IMG/VR virus record: IMGVR_UViG_3300017565_000002
Location: 151,804-215,803 of that record
Source: a virus
Lineage: Duplodnaviria; Caudoviricetes
Strand: one strand, 5' to 3'
DNA length: 64,000 nucleotides
Position numbers and translations under genes: made by a program. Within the stretch, counting starts at the first letter, position 1. The number at the start of each line of letters is the position of its first letter. Of this stretch, positions 28,884 through 38,810 are shown one piece after another. The notes beneath the pieces were generated by a model. It worked only from the letters and a program-made list of their open reading frames with translations. It did not search any database and was not told the DNA's origin.

Positions 28884-29351
28884 TCATTCCTTACCAAGCT
28901 TAGCAAACTTAGAAGGAATGTAACGACCAGTGTTAAGGAGAGTTGCTACATCATCTAACGTATCAACCCATTTTGCACCATTCCGAATCACCATTTCACC
29001 AACGGCTTTCATGGATCGAGTTTGACTTTCGTCAAATTTCTTATCCCCGTCAGCAGGTAAGAAACAGAAGATGGTGGATTCCGGGCGTTTATTACTATCA
29101 TCGATAACTTCCGCAATGGAATAGACGCCGGTCATGGTTGGCGAAATCACATACAATACAAACGCAGCATTATCTCGCATTTGTAGCTCCAGCTTCTTAT
29201 GCGCTGGTGTCCAATCTTTAACGACCGGGTTAAAATATTTGATTTTCAATTTGGGGATGAGCTGATCTCTCCAATTATTCTTCTCTGCCCCTGCTGTTGT
29301 ACCACCAAGGAATACAAACATATTACTCTTGATGATAATTTCATTGAACAT
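28884..29351 (-). CDS. Nucleoside 2-deoxyribosyltransferase-like protein (Nuc_deoxyri_tr2 type)
   Basis: VFLGGT...WRDQLI...YFNPVVKDW...LYVISP..TGVYSIAE (catalytic-type Glu). Confidence 0.8.
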   Translation of the reverse strand: MFNEIIIKSNMFVFLGGTTAGAEKNNWRDQLIPKLKIKYFNPVVKDWTPAHKKLELQMRDNAAFVLYVISPTMTGVYSIAEVIDDSNKRPESTIFCFLPADGDKKFDESQTRSMKAVGEMVIRNGAKWVDTLDDVATLLNTGRYIPSKFAKLGKE

Positions 29352-29364
29352 GTGACTTCACCCC

Positions 29365-30327
29365 TCAAAAGAGAACGACGTCGGACTGTTGTACCTTCTC
29401 TTTTGCTTCTCTCTCCGCCTGCTTCTCGCTCTTTTCATATTTGAACGCAAAGACTTGCGAGATTTGACTCAGACGATCTGCAATCCAAGATTGAATACGG
29501 ATTGTCTTGGACGCCGAAGATCCTCTCGTTGCTTGTAACGTTTCAACGTTTGCCTTAATCAGGCTTGCTTGAACTTCAGCAGCATCACTAAGTTTCAGTC
29601 GGCTATAGTAGAACAGGAAGATCAATTCTTTGGTCAATGGGATAATCTTAAAGATACCCATGATTGCACCAATGATAACCAAGACTGGCACAACTGAAGC
29701 TCCGACGCCTTCATGAATCGTACTTGGCCGGTTGGTCGCTTCCAATGTTTTACTGAATGATCCATCGGCAACTTGCTTATTGAAATGATTGAGCGAGTCG
29801 ATCATGAGGTACGAGTTACTCTTGCTATATTTCTTATTCATAATAACTTGGACAGTATCCGTATTCCCAGCATGAACGAAGTCAACTACTGTGGAGATCA
29901 TGAGTGATGCCCCACAGAAGAGAGACATGGTCAGGATATTATACATCATGATAGCCGTCGCATTTTTCTTGATAAATCCGGTGTAGAATTTCGGGCCGAG
30001 CATTTCGATATTGGCAAGTGCTCGACTCAGAATTTCAACTTCCGGGATAGTTTGATTCGAACTCGAAGCAATATCCTTCAGCATCTCGATTGATGCCTTC
30101 AGGTTTTTATACTCGTCCATATTAATGATATAGCCCTTGGAATCTGGTATGGAGGAGAAATCAATCATATTGTATTTCTCCGCGATTGCCACATAGATAC
30201 GGTCAATCAAGTTTCGACTAACCGAAATCTTTTCGGCCTCCGTTAATTGCATGAACCTTGTGCGGCTCGGTGTTTCATAGTGCTCCTTGATGCATTCAAA
30301 AAGTAAAAGTTGATCATTAGAGTTCAT
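29365..30327 (-). CDS. Conserved jumbo-phage virion/head protein
   Basis: IDFSSIPDSKG, ELIFLFYYSRLKLSD; hydrophobic segment after TIHE|G. Confidence 0.55.
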   Translation of the reverse strand: MNSNDQLLLFECIKEHYETPSRTRFMQLTEAEKISVSRNLIDRIYVAIAEKYNMIDFSSIPDSKGYIINMDEYKNLKASIEMLKDIASSSNQTIPEVEILSRALANIEMLGPKFYTGFIKKNATAIMMYNILTMSLFCGASLMISTVVDFVHAGNTDTVQVIMNKKYSKSNSYLMIDSLNHFNKQVADGSFSKTLEATNRPSTIHEGVGASVVPVLVIIGAIMGIFKIIPLTKELIFLFYYSRLKLSDAAEVQASLIKANVETLQATRGSSASKTIRIQSWIADRLSQISQVFAFKYEKSEKQAEREAKEKVQQSDVVLF

Positions 30328-30356
30328 CGATATTTCCTCCTATTCGGTTGAGATGG

Positions 30357-31526
30357 TTAACGGCCGACACCCATTGCCTTGATCATATCTTTCAATACAC
30401 GATCCTGATTTGCAGCCTCTCTCTCCAGTGTTTTGTAGGGGTATTCTTGGAAGCCAGGTTGAGAGTCGAATTGTGTATATACAATCTCATTCACCTGATC
30501 CACAATGACCAGACCCAGAAGATAATAAGCTTTCATAATCTTCTCAGCCTGTTTAAACACGTCGATACCATACTTGGTCTTCAGTAAGTTAACCTCGTTC
30601 ACCGTCAAGCAGATTGTAGCGATCGGCTTAAAGCTATTAACCAGTGTTCCCTTAGCCAGATCCGCCAACCGTTGACGACGTTTGAATGCCTCAATCCATG
30701 GATTTGCCTTTTGGTTCAGCAGGTCGAATTTCATCTGGGAGATGCCGAATAGGAAATCAGCGGCTGATTTTTCTTCCCGAGAAATAAACTTGACGAACCC
30801 AAGAAACCCTTTCTTGGCATTAACCGTATTTGCAATATCACGAACCAATTCATTGGAAGATGTCTTGTGCATAGTCGCCTTGATATTGACCATAATCTCC
30901 ACGGTGTTCGTAGCCACGATGGCATCCTGTGCATTCCGTGTTACGAACCGTACAGGAATTTGCAATGTCGTTGGCAAAAGCTCGTTAGCTTTCTTCCAGT
31001 CCAAATCTGAAAATAACGACTTCGAAGTAGACTTAAACTGCGAAACATCATTGGATACCGTAGAAAATTCCGCACCCGTTTTGTTCAGCGAATCCAATGG
31101 TTCGGTTTTCGGCATATACGGTTTATCCGCTTCATTCAGTGGTAGCATATTGAAATCCTTATCGCTACCTGCCGACTCAAACGTTAGGGTCACCCCCGCA
31201 TTAGGTCGGATACCGATATTGGTGTGGAATTGACTCAGATAATCCCGTACAGTAGACGACGAGAATGAATCTACCTCAACTGCCGGAATTAGTGCGAAAG
31301 CAGTTCTTGCAAAAACGGCATACGCCCTTTCCAATGCGCGTATGACCATAACTAACTCTTCAGATGCCATATATTCTGAAGCCACGACTGGAAAAAAATA
31401 AGTGCTATCATTGGCAATGGACGATAAGGACTTTGCACGCCCGCCACCAACAGTGAGCCTTTTTCCGAGAAATTTCCGTTCCTTTTTGATCATTTTTCCT
31501 AATGTGACGATTTCCTCAATAATCAT
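30357..31526 (-). CDS. Conserved jumbo-phage virion/head protein
   Basis: Start refined to MIIEEIV behind GGGAGG; FFPVVASE...IRALERAY; LTFE|SA, PLNE|A. Confidence 0.55.
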   Translation of the reverse strand: MIIEEIVTLGKMIKKERKFLGKRLTVGGGRAKSLSSIANDSTYFFPVVASEYMASEELVMVIRALERAYAVFARTAFALIPAVEVDSFSSSTVRDYLSQFHTNIGIRPNAGVTLTFESAGSDKDFNMLPLNEADKPYMPKTEPLDSLNKTGAEFSTVSNDVSQFKSTSKSLFSDLDWKKANELLPTTLQIPVRFVTRNAQDAIVATNTVEIMVNIKATMHKTSSNELVRDIANTVNAKKGFLGFVKFISREEKSAADFLFGISQMKFDLLNQKANPWIEAFKRRQRLADLAKGTLVNSFKPIATICLTVNEVNLLKTKYGIDVFKQAEKIMKAYYLLGLVIVDQVNEIVYTQFDSQPGFQEYPYKTLEREAANQDRVLKDMIKAMGVGR

Positions 31527-31556
31527 ATATTCCGGCCTCCCATTGACGATTAAGTA

Positions 31557-31568
31557 TATTACACTGTT
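31557..31568 (-). promoter_or_regulatory. Putative late promoter AACA-N6-TA heading the head-protein array
   Basis: AACAgtgtaaTA 30 nt upstream of the 31526 ATG. Confidence 0.6.
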
Positions 31569-31614
31569 TAAGGGGTGAAAATACAAGCCTAAATTCTTCG
31601 TTTACAGGAAAAAA

Positions 31615-31644
31615 ATAGGTCAAGGGGATTGTCCCTTGACCTAT
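31615..31644 (-). terminator. Intrinsic terminator
   Basis: ATAGGTCAAGGG/CCCTTGACCTAT stem plus T-tract on the minus strand. Confidence 0.75.
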
Positions 31645-31652
31645 CCCTACCA

Positions 31653-31727
31653 TTAGACATGGTAGTAAATCTTCTTCAGTTTCTTCTTTCCTCGAATCAT
31701 ATTGAAGAATACGAAAATTGCGCCCAT
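31653..31727 (-). CDS. 24-aa peptide MGAIFVFFNMIRGKKKLKKIYYHV (not in ORF track)
   Basis: GGAGG RBS 7 nt before ATG; stop sits just before the terminator. Confidence 0.5.
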   Translation of the reverse strand: MGAIFVFFNMIRGKKKLKKIYYHV

Positions 31728-31894
31728 AGTAAGCCCTCCACCATGTTATTTACACAGTCGAGGGAGTAATGACGTATGGATTCACACATATAGTGTATAA
31801 TCGTATACGAAGCTATATTAGTTCTCCCCCGAGCAGCGTAGTTTATTTGCTGTCGTCAGCACGTTTAAAGGTGGGCTGGGCAGAGAATAATAAG

Positions 31895-32083
31895 TCAACG
31901 TTTGGAGAATATCTGTAAGATTTCGCGAAGAAGTTTAGCGGCTTTCCCACCTTTACCAGGAGCAAGGATTTCTGCTGTTTCCAGCACTTTATCCGTGGTC
32001 TTGATTACAGTGGATTTAATCCGTCTTTTTCGCCTATCTCTCAGAAACTCTTTTTTAAATACGAGTTTAACTATACGACTCAA
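31895..32083 (-). CDS. Small highly basic protein (~60 aa)
   Basis: AAGGAGG directly abuts the tracked TTG; an in-frame ATA at 32074 has normal spacing; early motif upstream. Confidence 0.5.
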   Translation of the reverse strand: MSRIVKLVFKKEFLRDRRKRRIKSTVIKTTDKVLETAEILAPGKGGKAAKLLREILQIFSKR

Positions 32084-32112
32084 CCTCCTTATAGTAAGTG
32101 AGATTCACGAAA

Positions 32113-32125
32113 ATAATATATATTT
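32113..32125 (-). promoter_or_regulatory. Putative early promoter AAATATATATTAT
   Basis: Same core as the sites at 12574, 48058, 49487, 49898 and 62343. Confidence 0.55.
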
Positions 32126-32202
32126 GATTATAAAATCGATACTTCTTACACTAAAAGACATACCATAAACGGTATCCTAACGAGAGAGGTGAGTAAACCC
32201 CT

Positions 32203-33252
32203 ATGCCAATGTCAGAAAAGAATCCGACGAAGTTCACAGGTTCTCTTTCTAACTTCTCCGACAATGAAGATGGCTTTGCTATGCTACATCCGGGCAAACA
32301 GCTATCTTCTACGGACTCTTCAAATACAGAAGGGAACATGTATCATCTGACGAAATTCAACCGGTTTAATCTACCGGAAGGTTTCCTATTCATGGGTGGG
32401 TTACGAGGATATATCTTCATGACCAGACCAGATTTAAATATTTATAATCAAGATAATCTATTAAGTCTTAAACTGGGGGAACAAAGTGCCTCCAAGCTTG
32501 CATTACGGGAATTGATCACCAATGGTACAGTGATTGATAAGGAAACAATGTCCATGCTACAAAAGGATACCGGGTTTCCGTCCGCTTATATGCCCGTATT
32601 CACAAATCTTTGTTCTGGATTCTCACCCGAGGATCAAACGCTTGATGTATTGGAAAAAGGAGAAACCCACCATGGCGCTAAGGTGAAATACGGGAAACAT
32701 GCGATCCATTCAAGATCGGCGGGTTCGTTTACCCTAAATTTCTCCGATAGCAAGTTTCTACCTATATATAAGGCATTAGCTGTATGGACAGATTATATCG
32801 AAATGGTATTCATGGGAGATATGGCCCCGAAGGAATACTATCTCAAACAGGGCATATTGGATTATGCAGTGTCTATGTATTATATCGTCACAAAGGCGGA
32901 TGCAGCGGAAATTGTCTATTGGGACAAGAAGGTTGGCGTCTTTCCCAAGACACGCCCAGATAGTGCATTTGCCACAACTAAAGATGCACTCACCCATCCT
33001 GAATACAGTGTCACATTCGAATACTCGATTCAGTCTAAGGGTGGTGTGTTAGATCCAATGATTTTATCCGAGATGAATACCTTGGCCGGATATACGAAGC
33101 TTGACCGAAATACATCGGCAGGTACAATCCTAAAAGATCAAAACACCTATTTCCCAACGTATGATCATGTCAATAATCGTATTGGTTCCCCATTGGTAAA
33201 CGGCCCTAAAATCGAATATGTAAAAGGCCGCTTCTATCTCAGATGGATTTAA
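32203..33252 (+). CDS. Baseplate tail-tube initiator-like protein (gp19/gp54 tube fold)
   Basis: GSFTLNFSD...VWTDYI...DYAVSMYYIV...GVFP tube-fold pattern; adjacent to the wedge gene. Confidence 0.55.
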   Translation: MPMSEKNPTKFTGSLSNFSDNEDGFAMLHPGKQLSSTDSSNTEGNMYHLTKFNRFNLPEGFLFMGGLRGYIFMTRPDLNIYNQDNLLSLKLGEQSASKLALRELITNGTVIDKETMSMLQKDTGFPSAYMPVFTNLCSGFSPEDQTLDVLEKGETHHGAKVKYGKHAIHSRSAGSFTLNFSDSKFLPIYKALAVWTDYIEMVFMGDMAPKEYYLKQGILDYAVSMYYIVTKADAAEIVYWDKKVGVFPKTRPDSAFATTKDALTHPEYSVTFEYSIQSKGGVLDPMILSEMNTLAGYTKLDRNTSAGTILKDQNTYFPTYDHVNNRIGSPLVNGPKIEYVKGRFYLRWI

Positions 33253-33271
33253 AGAAGGAGGAGTAAGGTAT

Positions 33272-35926
33272 ATGATTATCAAAACAGACTTGGTTGAAAA
33301 GGTTATCAACGAGATTGCACCGAAGTTTTTTGACGCGGACGAATACTCGGAGATTACAAAATCTCGTACAGGTCTTTTCGGAGTAATATCCGAGACGATG
33401 GGTACGATATTTGAGAATTCCACCATTAATAATGCAATAAAGTCCAGAGAACGTTTAACGATAACAGCATCTCGTGAAACACTGATCCAAGAAGCTGCGT
33501 CTTATCCGGAATTGACGATTCCTCATGCGATGCCTTCTAAGATTAATTTGTTTATCGGTATACCAACCAACTACCTGAAGTCTAATTTCATGGTGAACCT
33601 GTCTGCAATTGAGTTTATACTAGAATCTGATACGGTGATCTCAATCTCGGATGTAAAGTTCCTGTTGGATTACGACATAAAGGTGATTGGTCGGTTGATC
33701 AATGGTAAGTTTAGTTATAGTGCACAGTATATTCTGACCAAAGAGAACCCACTTAATCCAAACGTGAATCCGTACCTTATCACTTCTCCTCGGTTGATCA
33801 ATAACGAGGAGTATATCATGATAAATGTAGCGGTAACACAACTCGAAAAGAGTTATCAATACTACAATATCATCGAGACAGATTCAGTAATGTTGGATGG
33901 CATTGATTTCAAGTATACCGGACAGTTGGCCTACTTCAACGTTTTCTATAAAGAGACGGGTACTTCCCAGTATATACTGATTGATAAAGTCGATTACTTC
34001 TCCAAGCTTGATCCGGGTGGAAGATATGTCCGATTCAACGATGCAACAGACGGGGTACTCAGACTTCATATTCCGAATACCTTTGGATTTACCTTTAACT
34101 CCGAACTTCGGTTGGATATCTATACGACAAATGGAGCAAAAGGAAATTTCACTTATCGGACAGGTGATGTGTTAATCCTCCCTGTATCTTACGAGGACCA
34201 GCATGATTATACCGGTTCATATTTCTACCCGATTGTGGTGTCCGATGCAACCGGAGGTTCTGATCTTCTGACGACGGATCAGATTCGGAATATGGTTATC
34301 AACTATAAGTCTACACTTCGAAGTGTAGATACCGAACAGGACTTGAATAACTTCTTTACCGAGACAGATAAAATCGATAACATGGTGTTCATCAAGAAAC
34401 GAATCGACGTCTTCGAGAAGCAATATACAGCATTCATGATCATGCGGGATGAGAATTCCAATATCATTCCGACCAACTCGCTCAATATGCATTTGACCGA
34501 AGATGATATCGACGTCTATTATGTACAGACGAAACGACGGGTGATCAAACCTAATGCCGCATACTCACTAAAGGCCGGGGAGGAATTCTTAGTTGTAAAG
34601 AACACAACAACGCTGAACCCTGCGGTGATTCAGACATTAGAAAATGATACATCCAAGTTCCTATTCAGCTGTCCGTATCTAATTGTAATCAATGAAGATC
34701 CGCCATCGACCTCTTTCTATTTAAATAGTGTCAATAACTCGAACATTGCACTTCTTGATTATGCGAACGAAGATGCACCTCTTCAGTTCATCATAAACAA
34801 GATGTCGCTAACGAGAAATGCAATCATCGGCGAAGACGCATATAAAGTGGTCGTGAATTTGACGCCTGCAAGTGAACTCCCGGATGGTATCGTTGATGCT
34901 AATGGAAATATTATTGACAACACCGCCATCAAGGTTTACGGATATGTATATTCTGACGAGACCGAAGAAACAGTTTTCGGATACTTTGACACGACAATCA
35001 CTTCCTATAATAAGACGGATAACTATTTTGTCGTTGAAGCATTGCTGGAGACGGATGATTATATCACGCTTGAAGATAAGCTGAGAATTATCAACTCGGT
35101 ATATCTGAGTGGTGAATCTGTAACGTATAACCACATCACGAGTATCACAGATGTTCGGTTAGGATTCGGCGTCTATTTCAAAAGTCCAACTTTCACGGAT
35201 AAGGGAGATTATGAAAATATTGTACCGGGTATGGATGACTATGGCTTAGTTAACGTCTACTCCAACCGGTTGGATCGGTCTATCCTATTAATGGATATGA
35301 GTAAGATGGTTAACTGTGTAGTCTCGTTCATAGACGAGGGTGGCGGAGATATTTCGTTCGATCTTAAACAAATCCCACTCGTTCGCTACAGCGATCTCCG
35401 GTCCCAAATTGCTCGGATCTCGGATATTATTTACAATACAAATACCACGATAACGTCAATGCTGAAACTGATTAAGAATAACTCGTCAATTGACTACAAG
35501 TTTTATGCAACCTACGGAAGATCCAGATACTTTACCATGGAAAATACCGCAACTCGTCTGGATCGGCTGAATATTAGTCTTAACTTTAAAGTACGTATCC
35601 TGGCTTCTAGAAGTGATCCGACAATCGTCAATGATATCCGGGCATTGATCAAGCCACTCGTGGAAGAAATCAATACACTGGAATCAAACAAGAGTATCTA
35701 TTTCTCGAATATCATCACACAAGTTGAGAATGAGTTCAAATATGCACAAGGTCGGATACTATCTTTCGAACTTGCGAAGATTAACGATTACAGTACGTTG
35801 TATCAGTCAATCGTTAATACAACAAAACCGCTTACCTTGATGACCAAAACCGAACTTCTCGAATATGTGGCGGAATTTGTTAAGCTGGATATCGATAAGA
35901 TCAATATTCAGATTATCCCAGTTTAA
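33272..35926 (+). CDS. Baseplate wedge subunit (T4 gp6/baseplate J-like)
   Basis: 884 aa; YTTNGAKGNF, ATGGSD, TEQDLNNFF patterns typical of gp6-like wedges. Confidence 0.7.
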   Translation: MIIKTDLVEKVINEIAPKFFDADEYSEITKSRTGLFGVISETMGTIFENSTINNAIKSRERLTITASRETLIQEAASYPELTIPHAMPSKINLFIGIPTNYLKSNFMVNLSAIEFILESDTVISISDVKFLLDYDIKVIGRLINGKFSYSAQYILTKENPLNPNVNPYLITSPRLINNEEYIMINVAVTQLEKSYQYYNIIETDSVMLDGIDFKYTGQLAYFNVFYKETGTSQYILIDKVDYFSKLDPGGRYVRFNDATDGVLRLHIPNTFGFTFNSELRLDIYTTNGAKGNFTYRTGDVLILPVSYEDQHDYTGSYFYPIVVSDATGGSDLLTTDQIRNMVINYKSTLRSVDTEQDLNNFFTETDKIDNMVFIKKRIDVFEKQYTAFMIMRDENSNIIPTNSLNMHLTEDDIDVYYVQTKRRVIKPNAAYSLKAGEEFLVVKNTTTLNPAVIQTLENDTSKFLFSCPYLIVINEDPPSTSFYLNSVNNSNIALLDYANEDAPLQFIINKMSLTRNAIIGEDAYKVVVNLTPASELPDGIVDANGNIIDNTAIKVYGYVYSDETEETVFGYFDTTITSYNKTDNYFVVEALLETDDYITLEDKLRIINSVYLSGESVTYNHITSITDVRLGFGVYFKSPTFTDKGDYENIVPGMDDYGLVNVYSNRLDRSILLMDMSKMVNCVVSFIDEGGGDISFDLKQIPLVRYSDLRSQIARISDIIYNTNTTITSMLKLIKNNSSIDYKFYATYGRSRYFTMENTATRLDRLNISLNFKVRILASRSDPTIVNDIRALIKPLVEEINTLESNKSIYFSNIITQVENEFKYAQGRILSFELAKINDYSTLYQSIVNTTKPLTLMTKTELLEYVAEFVKLDIDKINIQIIPV

Positions 35927-35938
35927 TTCAGTCTTCGA

Positions 35939-35950
35939 AACATCCAATTA
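35939..35950 (+). promoter_or_regulatory. Putative late promoter AACA-N6-TA
   Basis: AACAtccaatTA upstream of AAAGGAG and the 35982 ATG. Confidence 0.55.
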
Positions 35951-35981
35951 AAAACGACTCATTCGAAAGGAGTAACACGAC

Positions 35982-38174
35982 ATGTTCGATACAGATACGT
36001 TAAAACTGAATGAATCATTGCGTAAAGCCCATAACGCTAGGCTATTGGAGGCTCAAAGACAAAAAGAAGAGGATGACAGGAAAGTTATTAAACTCTTCGT
36101 TGAAACTTTGACCCAACAATATCAAGCGATGAGAAACCCGGCGATTGAAAGTGTCATTGACCGGTTTCAAATTATCGAGTCGGCAACCATCCATGGCGTT
36201 CGCGATACTCTTTATAGGATCTTCGAATCTGCATTGCTCATAGACGAATCCCATAAAGGATTGTATCAAGGCGTTTTCAAAAACTTATTCAACGAAAAGT
36301 TTAATGCGGTGCTCAAGGAGAATGGTGTAAACACTCTGAAAGATTTTCAGGCTCACCTGAAAAATGGTCATCCTATTCTCCAGACAATCACAGAGTCGGT
36401 AAAGTCTTTCGTTACAAATAGTGCGAATATCTATTCGGAGCTTTTGAAGACGCAATATAACCATACAACGGCGAATAGAGCGATCTTGGAAGCTTATAAA
36501 ACAATATCTGCTGATGATTCGGCAGACGACAAGAAGGAAGCACTGAATAAGTTGGGTACGACAATTATGCAAGAACTCAACACCTATGATTCCAGTACCG
36601 AGTTGAAAATCGGCGAGCATGTAAAACAACTTCTCATCCTGTGTAATAAAGCAAACCAAGTAGGGATCACTCAAATCCTACACGTGAATAGTTACTTGGC
36701 ATGTGTAGAAGGCGTGATCGGCGACCCACGTCACACGAAATATCTGCCTACGTATAAGAAACATCTCATCGCCATTCGCTCTGAAATATTGGCAATGGTG
36801 AAGGCGAAATATGCGGAATCGGTACACGATACACGGTTACAATCGATCATTAGTCGTATCAATACCATCTTGGCGACGATTGAAAAACCTGTTCAACTGG
36901 CAGAGACATCCTTCATGGAACTGATCACCGAAGTTCATGCTGCTACCGCAGAAAACGATGATCAAAAAATCAAATTTGCCTTTGCCAAGATCAAACAGAA
37001 ACTCCGGGAAGTTATTGAACTCTTCAACCCATATACCGGTCTTGAAGGATTGAGAATGGTTAACGAAATCATGATCGATAACTTCAACGCTGCGACATAC
37101 GGCGCGATTCCGTTAGTTGGGCCGTTTATCTATGTAGCAATGAGCATTACAAATTCTTCTAAAGTTTCACCAGCGATGGCAACTCAAGCTGTAAAAGAAG
37201 CCGAGACATTCTTGGCTACATTGGAGCAGCAAATCAGAAGATTGCATAAGCTTAATGATCATGCAAATGCTCGTAAACTTGAACGTCAATACAAACGGCT
37301 AGATTCCTTTATCTGCGAATATCGAGATGACACCCGGAAGAAAAGAATCAAGTTTATGAGAGAGAATGATATGCCATTGGAGGATTTGGTTGAATCTGCT
37401 ATGGAGATGGCCCAGTATCTTCTGGTGTATGAAGTTACAGTTGAAGATCTGACCACCATGTTCGAAGCAGTGATTGAATCCGCTGATGATTCGGTAGAGG
37501 ATCGTGAACTTCTCCTTAAGACTGTACGTTGCGAAACCTGTGGACAAGAAACAGTACAGGAATCGGATCTCGTAACGCAGTGTAATTGCATAGAAGCTGC
37601 GCTATATGAATCCATCCACTTCGGTTCACCCGAAGGATTAACCGAATCTGCTCACAAGCGTCTATTGGAAGGTCAACTTCCCTCGGAAGATGATTATCTG
37701 GATGACGAAGAAAAAGATTTGGTTGACTCCATTGCGAATGTAAATGGTAAAGGGCGAGCTGTAGATATCATCAAGACAAAGGTTATTGCCGTTATCGAAT
37801 CCGAGGAAGAACGGGCTCGTAAACGCGAACAAGAGGAGCAAGACATCCTCAACCGAATGAGTCCTGATGATATTGAAAACCTGAAGAACACTATGAACGA
37901 AAATGCGGGTTCTCCGATCAGCATTGGTAAACAGGGGTTGAACGCACCGGAATCTCTGTTCGAGGCTATCGTGATGAACCGGTCTAAGAAATACATCCAA
38001 GAATCTACGCAGAACGGTGATAAGTTTGATATCCTGGGACGTAAAGAAACCATCCAAGCAGAATCCTTGGTTCTCTTTACGATCCATGAAACTTTCAACG
38101 TACTTGGCTTTGAGAAATATACAATGGGTAAACAAAATAAATTGATGAACGATTACTATTACGGTAAATTGTAA
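35982..38174 (+). CDS. Large helical head/core protein with many candidate protease sites
   Basis: MFDTD start; repeated [LIV]xE|S/A motifs (KLNES, IIESA, LVESA, LYES, LTESA, IQES). Confidence 0.6.
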   Translation: MFDTDTLKLNESLRKAHNARLLEAQRQKEEDDRKVIKLFVETLTQQYQAMRNPAIESVIDRFQIIESATIHGVRDTLYRIFESALLIDESHKGLYQGVFKNLFNEKFNAVLKENGVNTLKDFQAHLKNGHPILQTITESVKSFVTNSANIYSELLKTQYNHTTANRAILEAYKTISADDSADDKKEALNKLGTTIMQELNTYDSSTELKIGEHVKQLLILCNKANQVGITQILHVNSYLACVEGVIGDPRHTKYLPTYKKHLIAIRSEILAMVKAKYAESVHDTRLQSIISRINTILATIEKPVQLAETSFMELITEVHAATAENDDQKIKFAFAKIKQKLREVIELFNPYTGLEGLRMVNEIMIDNFNAATYGAIPLVGPFIYVAMSITNSSKVSPAMATQAVKEAETFLATLEQQIRRLHKLNDHANARKLERQYKRLDSFICEYRDDTRKKRIKFMRENDMPLEDLVESAMEMAQYLLVYEVTVEDLTTMFEAVIESADDSVEDRELLLKTVRCETCGQETVQESDLVTQCNCIEAALYESIHFGSPEGLTESAHKRLLEGQLPSEDDYLDDEEKDLVDSIANVNGKGRAVDIIKTKVIAVIESEEERARKREQEEQDILNRMSPDDIENLKNTMNENAGSPISIGKQGLNAPESLFEAIVMNRSKKYIQESTQNGDKFDILGRKETIQAESLVLFTIHETFNVLGFEKYTMGKQNKLMNDYYYGKL

Positions 38175-38183
38175 CAAAAAGAT

Positions 38184-38205
38184 CCGGTAGCCGTTTGGCT
38201 ACCGG
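38184..38205. terminator. Bidirectional terminator
   Basis: CCGGTAGCC-gttt-GGCTACCGG between convergent genes. Confidence 0.7.
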
Positions 38206-38221
38206 GTTTACTGTATTTTTT

Positions 38222-38794
38222 CTAGGAGACGGCATAGGCATCATGCATACCATCCAATATATTAACAACTTCGAAATATGTTTTTGCAGCAGTGATCGTG
38301 TCATGGATGGGATTATGTTTCACCAAGTTATTGCAGTTGGTGAACTTAAACCTATCGAGATCAGGGTCAAAGTCTGCACACGCAAGCACTGTGCCGAGAT
38401 CTATGATAGGGTATGGACCCAACCATTCTCTCTCTTTCAGATTATCCAATACGCACTTAGTGAAGAATCCACTTTCACATGGGTATTGAAAATCAGCGAG
38501 AATAATAGATGATTCCCGATACTGCATATAAAGCGTCCAGAACGCATCGCGCATCTCTTTTCGCGTATTAAATTTTACAAAATCACCACGAAATTGTTCG
38601 GAGATAGGAGGGACGATGTTTGCATTACACCACGGGGATACGACTCGATCAAGCTCGGCAAATCCTCCGACGGTTCTAACGATTTCCTTTGTTCCCATGT
38701 CCCAGACGGAAACTCCCCATGCAAATGTATCACCATATAAGTCGTCAGTTTCTACGTCTATTGAAAATAAGTGAGTTTTGTTTTTTGAAAACAT
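38222..38794 (-). CDS. DEDDh 3'-5' exonuclease
   Basis: FSIDVET (ExoI) and KHNPIHD (ExoIII). Confidence 0.8.
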   Translation of the reverse strand: MFSKNKTHLFSIDVETDDLYGDTFAWGVSVWDMGTKEIVRTVGGFAELDRVVSPWCNANIVPPISEQFRGDFVKFNTRKEMRDAFWTLYMQYRESSIILADFQYPCESGFFTKCVLDNLKEREWLGPYPIIDLGTVLACADFDPDLDRFKFTNCNNLVKHNPIHDTITAAKTYFEVVNILDGMHDAYAVS

Positions 38795-38810
38795 CCTATT
38801 TCCACCTTTC

